A DNA stretch of 64,000 nt. It comes from Endomicrobiales bacterium (GTDB taxonomy: Bacteria; Elusimicrobiota; Endomicrobiia; Endomicrobiales; CAWCFT01). Location: the NCBI GenBank assembly GCA_963794945.1, contig CAWCFT010000001.1, positions 288,001 to 352,000 on the forward strand. Direction: 5' to 3'. Positions 45,082 to 55,198 of this stretch are shown here, in pieces. The notes under the pieces are model-generated. The model was not told where the DNA came from, made no database searches, and was given only the letters and a program-made list of their open reading frames with translations. The position numbers and the translations under genes were made by a program. Position 1 is the first letter of the stretch; every line of letters starts with the position of its first letter.

Positions 45082-45816
45082 ATGAAAGAATTTAGAGGCA
45101 AAACGGTAATAATAACAGGCGGGTCGCGAGGCATTGGTAACGCGTGCGTTAAGGCGTTCTTCTCCGCGGGCGCGAACGTTGTTTTTACTTACAACAATAG
45201 CAAGGAAGAAGCCGGCAAACTTAAAAAACTAGGCAAAAGCGTTATAGCGGTAAAAGCTGATATCAAAGATTACGAACAATGCCGGTCAGTCGTGGGGGCT
45301 GCGCTGAAACATTTCAAGAAAGTAGACATTGTTATAAATAACGCAGGCAAAACTAACGACAAGGCTCTTGTTATGATGAAGAACGATGACTGGAAAGATG
45401 TCATAGACACAAACCTCGGCGGCACGTACAATATGACCAGGGCTATTATCACTACTTTCATGAAACAAAAAAGCGGCTGTATTATCAATATGAGTTCAGT
45501 AAGCGGTATAGTCGGGCTGCCGCGGCAGACCAATTACAGCGCATCTAAGGCCGGAATAATAGGTTTTACCAAAGCTTTGGCAAAGGAAGTCACCGCTTAC
45601 GGTATAAGGGTCAACGCGGTGTGCCCGGGCTATATAAGCACGGACATGATAAGCACGCTTAACGCCGAAATGATGAAGAACATAATAAATACCATACCGG
45701 TAAGGCGAATTGGCGAGCCGGAAGAGGTTGCTGAACTTTGCGTATATCTGGCATCGGATAAAGCAAAATATATAACCGGGGAATCGATAAAGATAGACGG
45801 CGGATTGGCTATATAG
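45082..45816 (+). CDS. fabG: 3-oxoacyl-ACP reductase (FabG-like ketoreductase)
   Basis: TGGSRGIG, NNAG, NYSASKAG, VNAVCPGYI. Confidence 0.9.
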   Translation: MKEFRGKTVIITGGSRGIGNACVKAFFSAGANVVFTYNNSKEEAGKLKKLGKSVIAVKADIKDYEQCRSVVGAALKHFKKVDIVINNAGKTNDKALVMMKNDDWKDVIDTNLGGTYNMTRAIITTFMKQKSGCIINMSSVSGIVGLPRQTNYSASKAGIIGFTKALAKEVTAYGIRVNAVCPGYISTDMISTLNAEMMKNIINTIPVRRIGEPEEVAELCVYLASDKAKYITGESIKIDGGLAI

Positions 45817-45817
45817 T

Positions 45818-45935
45818 AAACCCCGTTAGAGACAACGGGCATTTCGCGAATATAAAGATGGCAGCATTTCACCGCCATCTAACAGCATGGATTTAAACTG
45901 CCAGCGGGAGTCGGCGGCAGTTTCAAACTGGGTAA
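45818..45935. repeat. MITE-like structured intergenic element
   Basis: Imperfect terminal IR (ACCCCGTTAGA / TCAAACTGGGT) around hairpins AGATGGC..GCCATCT and AAACTGCC..GGCAGTTT. Confidence 0.4.
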
Positions 45936-45996
45936 AATAATATAATATTAACACTGGCTTAACAAGCAACTGATAAAATAGTTTACCGGAGGAAGT

Positions 45997-47325
45997 ATGG
46001 CATGCTTGGCCGTTATCTGTTTTTCATTGATGTTGATGTTATCATCAGTTGTCTCCTGCTGGTCAAAAGGTATTTTTATCCAGCCGGGCGCGAGGGATGG
46101 CGCGATGGGCTCCGCGATGACGGCGGTAGCTGATGAAGCCACCGCGGTATATTATAACCCGGCAGGCCTTGCCCAGCAAACAGGTTCAGAGGTTGAAGCG
46201 TCGTTATTCAGCCTGTCGGCCAACGCGACGAGCAACAAGTCCCTGGCCAACGCAGCCGCTCCAAATGTTATTAACGGAGACTTCCCGCTGCCGAACCTAT
46301 CTGCCATCCCAGGCGCTCTTCCGCCGATGCTTGCTAACTCAGAACCTACGGAATATCAAAGCAAACAATTCTCAACAAACGCAGAGATTCCGTTCATAGG
46401 GGCATACAAGAACGTTAACGGTGTAACTTACGCGTTGAGCGTTTATGGAATAGGCGGTGGAGGAGGAACATGGAGTGATTCAGTGCCGGCTTTAGGCGGC
46501 GCTGCCAAAATAACCGCCAGCCTTGCCGGTACTTATGCTTTCATGGTATACAATATTTCAGCCGCAACAAAATTAACTTCAAAGCTGATGCTGGGGCTAG
46601 GCATAGATATTGTCAATATGATCAACGAAACAAACGCTCAAAAATACTTTGATACCGCCGCGGGAAATTCCATTTACGGCATGGCTGTAAACCAGAGCGC
46701 GACAGGCTACGGAGTTCAGGTAAACGGCGGTTTGCTTTATAAATTCAACGAACAATGGAAAGCCGGGCTTGTTCTGCGCAGCGGCACGGACATTAAATTA
46801 AACGGGCAGGCGAACGGCTACGACAGCGTCAGCGGCCAGACTGATTATACTGATGACTACACATACCCTTTAACCGGGTCTGTTGGCGTGTCCTATGAGC
46901 CTAAAAATAATTTAACTTTAGCTTTGTCGGTTGACCAAACCCAGTATTCAGAGATGCATGAAACGATCAATTATAACAAGCAAATGCCTGGTGTGTTTGA
47001 CAATAGCGCCGGGCCGCTTGAAGGCAGGGATTGGAAAGATTCCACACAGTTTCATGTTGGCGCGGAATACCGCTGTGCCGATAAACTGGCTTTGAGGGCA
47101 GGTATTGAGAACGACCCCGCTCCGTTCTCTACTGATCAGTTAACGCTTACTGAGATAAACCAATATAATTTCATTTACTATTCGATAGGCGCCGGATACA
47201 AGATCGGGCAAGTGAACGTTGATCTATGTTACGCGTATTGCCCTTCGGATTCGCCTTCTATTGGCGACAGAAGTTATCAGTATAATTTGAACGTATTCAG
47301 GCTTGGGGCGAGCTACAGGTTCTAA
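45997..47325 (+). CDS. FadL/TodX-like outer membrane hydrophobic-compound transporter
   Basis: GARDGAMGSAMTAVADEATAVYYNPAGL hatch motif; beta-barrel ending in YRF. Confidence 0.85.
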   Translation: MACLAVICFSLMLMLSSVVSCWSKGIFIQPGARDGAMGSAMTAVADEATAVYYNPAGLAQQTGSEVEASLFSLSANATSNKSLANAAAPNVINGDFPLPNLSAIPGALPPMLANSEPTEYQSKQFSTNAEIPFIGAYKNVNGVTYALSVYGIGGGGGTWSDSVPALGGAAKITASLAGTYAFMVYNISAATKLTSKLMLGLGIDIVNMINETNAQKYFDTAAGNSIYGMAVNQSATGYGVQVNGGLLYKFNEQWKAGLVLRSGTDIKLNGQANGYDSVSGQTDYTDDYTYPLTGSVGVSYEPKNNLTLALSVDQTQYSEMHETINYNKQMPGVFDNSAGPLEGRDWKDSTQFHVGAEYRCADKLALRAGIENDPAPFSTDQLTLTEINQYNFIYYSIGAGYKIGQVNVDLCYAYCPSDSPSIGDRSYQYNLNVFRLGASYRF

Positions 47326-47387
47326 AATCTGAATAGTTCATCTCATTTAGGCGGAATTTGCACGTTAATTAACAAAGGGGGTAAATC

Positions 47388-47645
47388 GTGGCGAAGAAGT
47401 TAGACGCGGCAAGTATGATCAAGGAAGCGAAAAAACTGATATCTGAGATATCGGAGATACCAGCGGCTGACCTCAAAGACGGAGCAAAATTCACGGAAGA
47501 TCTCGGTGTGGACAGTATGAAAGCACTGGAAATTGTGGCTGCCATAGAAAAGAAATTCAAGGTTACTATACCTGAGGAGAAGATACCTACTATACGCTCT
47601 CCAAAGGATGTTTATGACCTTGTACAAAAACTCTTGAAATTATAA
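47388..47645 (+). CDS. Acyl carrier protein
   Basis: FTEDLGVDSMKALEIV phosphopantetheine site. Confidence 0.93.
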   Translation: MAKKLDAASMIKEAKKLISEISEIPAADLKDGAKFTEDLGVDSMKALEIVAAIEKKFKVTIPEEKIPTIRSPKDVYDLVQKLLKL

Positions 47646-47712
47646 CGTTATTCGATTAAAATATTCCTACGTTCAGCTTTATCCGGGTGGCTGTGGCAAA
47701 GAGGATAGTTTA

Positions 47713-48204
47713 ATGTCGGAAAACTGTGATAATATGGGCAGTGCCAATAAAGACGGCAATCAGGCTATTACGGGCCCGGTGTTTGACGTGCGGAAGATAC
47801 TGCCTCAGAAATACCCTTTCCTTTTCATAGATAAAGTTGTTCACGCCGATAAAGTAAAACAGCAGATCACCTGCCTTAAAAATATTTCAGGGAATGAAGG
47901 CTTTTTTCAGGGCCATTTCGCGGGAAACCCTATACTGCCCGGCGTAATAATAATAGAAGCTATGGCGCAGGCGAGCATACTTCTCTACGCGTGCGTAAAG
48001 CCCGCCAGCCTTGAGCGAAAGCCCGTATTTTTCCTTGGCAAAGTAGATGCCAGTTTCAAAAAACCCGTAATTCCCGGAGACATACTAATACTTCAGGCTA
48101 ACGCGGAAAAGATCATCGATACGGGCGGGATAGTGAAAGTAACCGCAAAAGTTGGTGAAAACACCGTAGCCGAAGCCACTTTACATTTTGGAGTAAAATT
48201 TTAA
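47713..48204 (+). CDS. 3-hydroxyacyl-ACP dehydratase (FabZ-like)
   Basis: LPQKYPFLFID and FFQGHFAGNPILPGVIIIEAMAQ. Confidence 0.92.
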   Translation: MSENCDNMGSANKDGNQAITGPVFDVRKILPQKYPFLFIDKVVHADKVKQQITCLKNISGNEGFFQGHFAGNPILPGVIIIEAMAQASILLYACVKPASLERKPVFFLGKVDASFKKPVIPGDILILQANAEKIIDTGGIVKVTAKVGENTVAEATLHFGVKF

Positions 48205-48208
48205 TATC

Positions 48209-49423
48209 ATGAAAAATACAAGGGTAGTGGTCACAGGGCTTGGGCTGGTAACATCGATAGGGATCGGCAAAGATGAATTCTGGAAGAATCTTACCGCGGG
48301 CATGTCTGGCATAAGTGAAGTCAAACAGTTCGATACCAAAAGGTTTAAACGCCATTTTGGCGGGGAGATACAACATTTTAACCCTGCCGAATACCTGCAT
48401 AGGAAGTCCGCAAACTACATAGGCAGGGCGTCACAGCTTGGGCTTACCGCGGCAAAACTGGCGTTAAAAGACGCCTCAATATCAGATAAAGCTATAAAGA
48501 ACCAGAAAACCGCGGTTATCGTAGGCGTTACTATACCTGAAAGCGGTTTGATCGACCAGTTTTCGGAGGAGATGTATTTTAAGAGGACAAAGAATATACA
48601 TAAAAGGTCCATACTGAATATCAACGCGCCTTCAATATCGAGGGATATCGGCCATTTCCTTGGCGCTAAACCGGTTAACATGCTTATCCCAAACGCCTGC
48701 GGAGCGGGTAATTTCTCCATAGCCTACGGTTACGACCTCATTAAGCAGGGCAAAGTGCAAACCGCCCTGGTTGGCGGGGCGGAGGCTTTTTCACGCGTGG
48801 CGTTCCAGGGGTTCCAAACCTTACGCGCGATGGCCGAGAATAAATGCTCTCCCTTTGACAAGAACAGGCAGGGAATGTTGTTGGGTGAAGGGGCAAGTAT
48901 ACTGATCCTGGAAGATTATGAATCTGCCATAGCCAGGAAAGCCCGTATTTATTGCGAGGTGCTTGGTTATGGTTACTCCTGCGACGCTCACAGCATGACT
49001 ATCCCTAAGAAGGAAGGCGTATTTAAGGCCATGAAAAAGGCCTTGGATAATTCCGGAATAAAGGCAGATGAGATCGATTATATAAGCGCTCATGGGACCG
49101 GCACCATCGCTAACGATAAAAATGAAACCGCCGCTATCAAGGATCTGTTCGGTGAAAGGTTCAGCAGAATGCCCATAAGTTCTATGAAATCGATGCTCGG
49201 CCACTCTATGGGCGCCGCTTCAGCCATAGAGGCAGCGTCATGCTGCCTGTCAATCGAAAAAAATGTTGCGCCTGCCACCATGAATTACACCACGCCTGAC
49301 CCGGATTGCGATATTGACTGCGTGCCTAATTTCGCCAGAAAAACAAAAGTTGATGCCGCCTTGAACAACGGTTTTGCCTTTGGCGGAAACAATTGCTGCG
49401 TGGTGTTCAAAAGGTGCGCTTAG
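48209..49423 (+). CDS. Beta-ketoacyl-ACP synthase (catalytic KS, FabF-like)
   Basis: Cys-His-His triad intact: PNACGAG, SAHGTGT, KSMLGHS; ends NGFAFGGNN. Confidence 0.93.
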   Translation: MKNTRVVVTGLGLVTSIGIGKDEFWKNLTAGMSGISEVKQFDTKRFKRHFGGEIQHFNPAEYLHRKSANYIGRASQLGLTAAKLALKDASISDKAIKNQKTAVIVGVTIPESGLIDQFSEEMYFKRTKNIHKRSILNINAPSISRDIGHFLGAKPVNMLIPNACGAGNFSIAYGYDLIKQGKVQTALVGGAEAFSRVAFQGFQTLRAMAENKCSPFDKNRQGMLLGEGASILILEDYESAIARKARIYCEVLGYGYSCDAHSMTIPKKEGVFKAMKKALDNSGIKADEIDYISAHGTGTIANDKNETAAIKDLFGERFSRMPISSMKSMLGHSMGAASAIEAASCCLSIEKNVAPATMNYTTPDPDCDIDCVPNFARKTKVDAALNNGFAFGGNNCCVVFKRCA

Positions 49424-49454
49424 TGGAAATGCCTGTAATTTAACACTTGATCAG

Positions 49455-49477
49455 AACCGCACACCGTGCGGTTTTTT
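49455..49477 (+). terminator. Intrinsic terminator after the KS gene
   Basis: ACCGCAC-acc-GTGCGGT followed by a T run. Confidence 0.75.
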
Positions 49478-49639
49478 GCTAAAATATTTGAAAATAGTGC
49501 TGAAACTCGATATTGCCACGTTAACATATTGAATTTACAATATAAACAGCGCGCATGGTGCCAGGTGCGGGGTGGTTGGTAAATGCCTTGAACCCGGCAC
49601 AAAGAACCTTGCACCAAGCAGGGCCATTGAGGAGGGACA

Positions 49640-50392
49640 ATGTTCAACTTGGAGAAGTATCCTGAGCAGTGGGTGGAGTTAAGCAGGATCGAAATTGAAG
49701 GCACGCAGTTCCAGTCAAGAGCAGCAAAGGACCAAAAAAAGATAAAGGCCCTGGCTGAGCAGATCAAGAAAGACAGCCTGCTGGAAGCTGCTATCCTTTA
49801 CGAATTCAACGACCGGTCAAGGCTAATGGCTATAATCAGCGGGCACAACAGGCTGCCGGCGCTGCAATTGCTCGGCTGGGACAAGGTGCGCTGCCGTGTG
49901 ATACCTGAATCGGAAATGGACCAGAAAACAGCGTTCCGGTTAAGCATAAAGGAAAACCTCAGCAACGATTCGCTTAAGAACAAAGACATAATATTTTCAG
50001 CAAAGAGAATGCGAGATGACGGAGCAACACAGGCGGAGATAGCGGAGTGTCTAGGCATAGCTGAGTCAACAGTAAGGAAATACCTTGCCGCGGCTGATTC
50101 GCCTAATGCCAAACAGGTAGCCGCAGGCGAGGAGTCAATAAATCACGCGCTTGACAATAAAAAAATGTATTTCAGGCCTCTCGGCGGCAAGGGTTTTAAC
50201 TACGCCATCAAGTTCAAGTCAAAAAGCGATGACCCGCAGGAACTGAAACATTTTCTTGATAAGACGGTTCCGGAACTTTATAAAATTGCAGGGGCCCTGC
50301 TTGACGCAAGAACGGTGCCTGCCTCTGTGCCTTCGACAGGCAAGCCCGACTCAGATAGAGGGGCGGAAAACGCCCCGGCGCCTGAACAATAA
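49640..50392 (+). CDS. ParB/Srx N-terminal domain protein with an HTH
   Basis: LAEQIKKDSLL...IISGHNRL...ENL; HTH TQAEIAECLGIAESTVRKYL; GAGGAGG RBS. Confidence 0.8.
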   Translation: MFNLEKYPEQWVELSRIEIEGTQFQSRAAKDQKKIKALAEQIKKDSLLEAAILYEFNDRSRLMAIISGHNRLPALQLLGWDKVRCRVIPESEMDQKTAFRLSIKENLSNDSLKNKDIIFSAKRMRDDGATQAEIAECLGIAESTVRKYLAAADSPNAKQVAAGEESINHALDNKKMYFRPLGGKGFNYAIKFKSKSDDPQELKHFLDKTVPELYKIAGALLDARTVPASVPSTGKPDSDRGAENAPAPEQ

Positions 50393-50437
50393 TGAACTCA
50401 ATTGCGTTTCAAGGTTCTTATATAGAGGTTTTCTAAT

Positions 50438-51865
50438 ATGTCTGAAAAATATGATGCGATCATTATAGGTTCTGGGATAGGAGGATTGGTATGCGGCTGT
50501 TATTTGGCTAAAGCCGGGCAGAAAGTCTTAATAGTTGAACAACATGATAAACCGGGCGGGTATTGCGGTTCTTTTAAAAGAAATGGCACCGTGTATGACA
50601 CCGGAGTGCACTATTTAGGCGGCATACGCAAAGGTATCTTAGGGACAATATTAAAAGAACTTGATATACTTGACCGCATGAAACTTCGTCAATTCGATAC
50701 GGCGGAGAAAATAGTTCTTCCAAATGTCACTTTCTATATAAAATCAAATATGGATGAGACGATACAAGGGCTTAAAACACTTTTTCCTAAAGAAAGTATC
50801 AATATCGATAGATTTTTTGAGCATATTCTCCAGCAGAGTTTTTACAGCATTTATAAAAATGCCGCAAATAGAAGTTTTAAAAACGTTTTAAGACATTTTT
50901 TTACAAATGAAGACCTGCTGTCAATATTTGACGCTATCTGTTTAATGAATAAAGGATTAAATGCTTCCCAGGTGTCAGCGATATCGACTATAATATTATT
51001 GCGGGATTATATTTCAAACCCGGGTTATTACCCGGTCGGCGGAATGTGCCAATTCCCGAATTTATTGGTCCAAAGATTTAAGGAATACGGCGGGACTATG
51101 ATATATTCTGAAAAAGTATCTAAGATAATTATCTCAAAAGAAATTAAAGTGAAAGGCGTTGAGGCCGCAAGTAATAAGTATTTATCCGATACGGTCATAT
51201 CTAACTGCGACGCTAAATACACTTTTCAGGAGTTAATTGATGTAAAAATCAAAGAAAAAAATAAAATTGATTCTTTAGTGCCTTCTGCTTCATTTTTTAC
51301 AGTATACTTACAAATAACAAAAGATAATTACTATAAATCACTAACGAAAGATTCTCATGCAATATCATACTTCTTCACTCAAAAACCATCGTATAATACA
51401 AAATATGAAATTGCTGATGGGCAAGAAATCAGGTATCTGAATTATGCTATCCCTGCTGAATACGACAATACTAGTAAAATGGGAATTAGAGTTATTACTT
51501 TAGCCAAGTATTACACACCTAAATTTTGGGATAGATATAAAGCTGCTTACGCACAAACGATTCTAAATAAGACAAAACAACTATTCCCGAAAATAGTCGA
51601 TAACGTAACAAATAAATTTATTGCTACACCTGTAACTTTTAATAAGTTTACACGTAACGATTGCGGTGCCGGGTTTGGATGGGCGCCTACGGTGAAGCAG
51701 GAAAGCACATCATTATGCCCTTCGAAGACCAGTATTAAAGGTCTTTATCTAAGCGGGCACTGGTCAACTACTGCGATAGCCAAAAGCGGGGCGCCTGTTG
51801 TTGCATTTTGCGGGATGAACACAGCAAAATCGGTTTTAGAACAGAAATTATCATTGAGAAATTAA
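50438..51865 (+). CDS. Phytoene desaturase-like FAD-dependent oxidoreductase
   Basis: YDAIIIGSGIGGL, VEQHDKPGGY, YPVGG, TPVTF, GLYLSGHW. Confidence 0.88.
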   Translation: MSEKYDAIIIGSGIGGLVCGCYLAKAGQKVLIVEQHDKPGGYCGSFKRNGTVYDTGVHYLGGIRKGILGTILKELDILDRMKLRQFDTAEKIVLPNVTFYIKSNMDETIQGLKTLFPKESINIDRFFEHILQQSFYSIYKNAANRSFKNVLRHFFTNEDLLSIFDAICLMNKGLNASQVSAISTIILLRDYISNPGYYPVGGMCQFPNLLVQRFKEYGGTMIYSEKVSKIIISKEIKVKGVEAASNKYLSDTVISNCDAKYTFQELIDVKIKEKNKIDSLVPSASFFTVYLQITKDNYYKSLTKDSHAISYFFTQKPSYNTKYEIADGQEIRYLNYAIPAEYDNTSKMGIRVITLAKYYTPKFWDRYKAAYAQTILNKTKQLFPKIVDNVTNKFIATPVTFNKFTRNDCGAGFGWAPTVKQESTSLCPSKTSIKGLYLSGHWSTTAIAKSGAPVVAFCGMNTAKSVLEQKLSLRN

Positions 51866-51925
51866 TCGTGAATTTAAAAAAGGCTTTAAGCGGCAGAAAC
51901 AAGAGTGGACGGAGAAATAAGATAT

Positions 51926-53011
51926 ATGAGTAAAAAAACTGTCTTCTTAACCGGGCCTACGGGTTTTGTAGGGTCATATCTTTTAAAGATATTTATCGAG
52001 AATGGATACAAAGTATATGCGCTCGCAAGAGATAAAAACGAACGGTCAGGCAAAGAAAGAGCGATAAATGCCGTAAGATTTTGGGATAAAAATACTGCAA
52101 AAAGAACAGGCGGCAATCTTGTTGTGCTTAATGGCGATATAATAAAGAATAACCTGGGCCTTTCAAATAATAATGTAAAGCAGTTGGTTGATGAAGTGGA
52201 AGAAATATATCATTGTGCGGCCAATACGGGTTTTAATCTGCCTATCAAAACTGCAAGGCTTGTAAATGTTAAAGGAACAGAAAATGTTTTGAAACTGGGG
52301 TACGCGTGCAGCAATAAAGGGAAATTGCAGAAGATCAATTATATAAGCACAATATACGTATGTGGCGACCATAAAGGTGTATTTGATGAAAATTGCCTTA
52401 ATGTAGGACAGCAGTTCAATACTACGTACGAAAAAAGTAAATATGAAGCTGAACTGCTTGTAGAGAAGTATAGGAAAATGGGGTTATGGATAAATGTATT
52501 CAGGCCGCCGATCATTATAGGTGAGTCAAAAACCGGGAAAGTGCCGGCATTTAATCAAGCCTTGTATCAAACATTGCATATTTGGGATTCAGAACTGCTT
52601 AAATATTTTCCGAATGATAATAAACTTCGTGCAAATATGGTTTGTGTTGATGAGCTCTGTGAAAGTATATTTAAGATCGCCGGCAATGTGTCTTTGAAGG
52701 ATAAAAATTACCATACTTTTCACATGAAAGGGGTCACTCCTGTTGAGCTTTTGAATATTTCACAAAAAATACTAAAATTCAAGAAACCTATAATAGTTAG
52801 TGAAATCGAGTTCGTGAAAAGATCTACCTCCGTGCAGAAGATGCTTTTAAAATACAATATATTATTTATTAATTCCAAGGTAAAACTGCGGTCTTTTAAA
52901 ACAAATGATGTTCTAAATAAACTTAATTTCAAATACTCGGTTATAGGCGAAAAATTATTGAATAGAATCGTATTATATTCAAAACGTGAGAAGTTCGGAA
53001 ATAATAATTAA
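51926..53011 (+). CDS. Extended SDR, thioester/fatty-acyl reductase-like (NAD_binding_4 type)
   Basis: TGPTGFVG, HCAA, NVKGT, YISTIYV, YEKSK, RPPIIIG. Confidence 0.85.
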   Translation: MSKKTVFLTGPTGFVGSYLLKIFIENGYKVYALARDKNERSGKERAINAVRFWDKNTAKRTGGNLVVLNGDIIKNNLGLSNNNVKQLVDEVEEIYHCAANTGFNLPIKTARLVNVKGTENVLKLGYACSNKGKLQKINYISTIYVCGDHKGVFDENCLNVGQQFNTTYEKSKYEAELLVEKYRKMGLWINVFRPPIIIGESKTGKVPAFNQALYQTLHIWDSELLKYFPNDNKLRANMVCVDELCESIFKIAGNVSLKDKNYHTFHMKGVTPVELLNISQKILKFKKPIIVSEIEFVKRSTSVQKMLLKYNILFINSKVKLRSFKTNDVLNKLNFKYSVIGEKLLNRIVLYSKREKFGNNN

Positions 53012-53026
53012 ACAGCCGGTCAAAAC

Positions 53027-55195
53027 ATGAATATGACTAAATTATATCCTATACCCACTTTTATTGTTTCTGCCATGCTGTTGTTTTTGGGCATATTTGT
53101 CTATAGGAACAGCAAACAACAGTATATCAATAAAGTGTTCATGGGATTGTGCTTTACTAGTAGTTGTTGGCTGCTATTCTTTTCAATTACATATACTGTT
53201 AGAAATGAATATATCGCGTTTATGCTAGAAAAAATCGGATATTGCGGTATCACGTTTATACCAATAACTGTATTTCATTATATAATTGAATTTTTAAATA
53301 TCAAGAGAATTAAAAGGTTTGCGCTTTATAACTATATTGTTGGTTTAATATTTGTCGTATTGATATGGACAACGCCATTTATTGTAGGAGGTGTAAAAAA
53401 CTATTTTTGGGGCTATTATCCTGTGGCGGGAATTTTGCATCCGCTGTTCCTTGCGTATTTTATTTTTATTGGTGTTATATTATCATCTTTGTTTTTATTG
53501 TTCAAATATTATTATAGACAAAAGCAGCTTACATATTTAAAGAAAGAGCAGATCAAATATGTGATCTTGGCTTTTTTTATATATTATTTTGCCGCGGCAG
53601 ACTTTTTTCCAAACTATGGGATTTCAATTTATCCATTTGGATACTTGCCAACATTATTCTTTATCATCATTATCAGTTATACTATTGTCAGATTCAGGTT
53701 AATGGATGTAAATGTCGCTATTACCCGCGCTGGAATATTTCTAGTGCTTTATTCATTGGTCCTTGGCATCCCTTTTTTAATAGGGCACTATACAGAATCC
53801 TGGATATTATCAACGATATTCGCTGTTATTCTTGCATCAATAGGCCCTCTGGTATACCGTTCGATACAGCGGAAAGCTGAAGACCTGCTGCTCGCCGAGC
53901 AGAGGCGCTACCAGAAAATATTAGTGCAAGCCGCTAGCGGAATGGCCGGCGAGCATAATCTTGAACGGCTGCTTAAATTGATCGTGAGGGTTGTGAAAAA
54001 AGCCGTTAAAATGGAATACACCGCTATATTCCTTGAAGATAGAGAGAAAGAAGCATATATATTGAGGGCCATTCGCACCGATACTAATATACCGATAGAT
54101 ATATCGTTTGGGTTCAAAGACCCTCTTATAGAGTTCATGAAGAAACACAAGGAACCATTCCTTTTTGAAGAGATACCTGAATTTATCAAAGGGACGCTAA
54201 ACTTTCCTCTGAATATTTCACTAATAGTACCTTCATTTTTTGATGAAAGCTCAATAGGCTTTTTAGTATTGGGAGAAAAAAATAATAAGAAGGCTTACTC
54301 GACTGATGATATCAACGTTTTTAAGATATTATCCAGACGAACATCGATGTCTATAGAGAACTGTATTTTCGTTGAGGAATTCAAGAAAGCTCAGGAAAGG
54401 GTGTTCGCGGCGGAGAAACTTGCTTCTATCGGCGGCCTCGCGGAAGGAGTGGCCCACCAGATCAACAACCGGTTAAACCACTTCTCTATGGTTTCGGGAG
54501 AACTTAAATATGAAGTTGACAGCTATTTGTCGGCCCATGCAGAAGCGATAGTTCAAAATCCGGACCTGAAGAAGACGTTTGATTATTTTATCAAGATATC
54601 AAACTCACTGCTGTCGAACGTTAAGAGAACGGACGGCATCTTGAAGGGGATACTTAACTTTGCCAGAGTAGAAGCCAAAGAAACCTTGTTCTCGAACTTT
54701 TTCCTGCAGGAAGTTGTCGATCTGGCGATCGACCTACTCAGGGTCAAACATAGCGTACAGGAATTTCCAATCAAGGTGAACAAATTGTCATCCGATGTAA
54801 TATATGGGGTTAAGTCACAGATCATGGAATCCGTATATAATCTTATCGACAACGCTTACGAGGCAACACTTGATAAAGCAAACACGCTTAACCCAGGTGA
54901 TGCCGCGTTGTATAAACCCAACATAGAAATATCTATTTCTCAAAATCCTGAAAAGACGGTTATTCAATTCACCGACAACGGCATCGGCATAAAAAGCACC
55001 GACAGGCACAAAATATTCGCTCCTTTTTTTACTACTAAATCATCTTCAAAATCCGGCACAGGTATCGGCATGTATGTGGTCAGAAGGATGATAGAAGAGA
55101 ATCACAAAGGCAAGATATGGTTCGAATCCGAGTACGGCAAAGGCACAAAAATAACTATCGAACTGCCTAAGAAGTATACTTCTGGCAGTAACTAG
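53027..55195 (+). CDS. Membrane sensor histidine kinase (HisKA_7TM-like N-terminus, GAF, HisKA, HATPase)
   Basis: About 9 TM segments, GAF, EKLASIGGLAEGVAHQINN H-box, NLIDNA, DNGIGI, PFFTTK, GTGIGM. Confidence 0.93.
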   Translation: MNMTKLYPIPTFIVSAMLLFLGIFVYRNSKQQYINKVFMGLCFTSSCWLLFFSITYTVRNEYIAFMLEKIGYCGITFIPITVFHYIIEFLNIKRIKRFALYNYIVGLIFVVLIWTTPFIVGGVKNYFWGYYPVAGILHPLFLAYFIFIGVILSSLFLLFKYYYRQKQLTYLKKEQIKYVILAFFIYYFAAADFFPNYGISIYPFGYLPTLFFIIIISYTIVRFRLMDVNVAITRAGIFLVLYSLVLGIPFLIGHYTESWILSTIFAVILASIGPLVYRSIQRKAEDLLLAEQRRYQKILVQAASGMAGEHNLERLLKLIVRVVKKAVKMEYTAIFLEDREKEAYILRAIRTDTNIPIDISFGFKDPLIEFMKKHKEPFLFEEIPEFIKGTLNFPLNISLIVPSFFDESSIGFLVLGEKNNKKAYSTDDINVFKILSRRTSMSIENCIFVEEFKKAQERVFAAEKLASIGGLAEGVAHQINNRLNHFSMVSGELKYEVDSYLSAHAEAIVQNPDLKKTFDYFIKISNSLLSNVKRTDGILKGILNFARVEAKETLFSNFFLQEVVDLAIDLLRVKHSVQEFPIKVNKLSSDVIYGVKSQIMESVYNLIDNAYEATLDKANTLNPGDAALYKPNIEISISQNPEKTVIQFTDNGIGIKSTDRHKIFAPFFTTKSSSKSGTGIGMYVVRRMIEENHKGKIWFESEYGKGTKITIELPKKYTSGSN

Positions 55196-55198
55196 GGG

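Noticed and set aside
45082..49423. Cluster as the housekeeping fatty acid synthesis operon
   Set aside because: Lacks plsX/fabD/fabH and includes a non-catalytic KS, a FadL-like gene and a reductase
50438..51865. Carotenoid pathway gene (crtI)
   Set aside because: No phytoene synthase or other crt genes nearby; only the general FAD oxidoreductase family is supported
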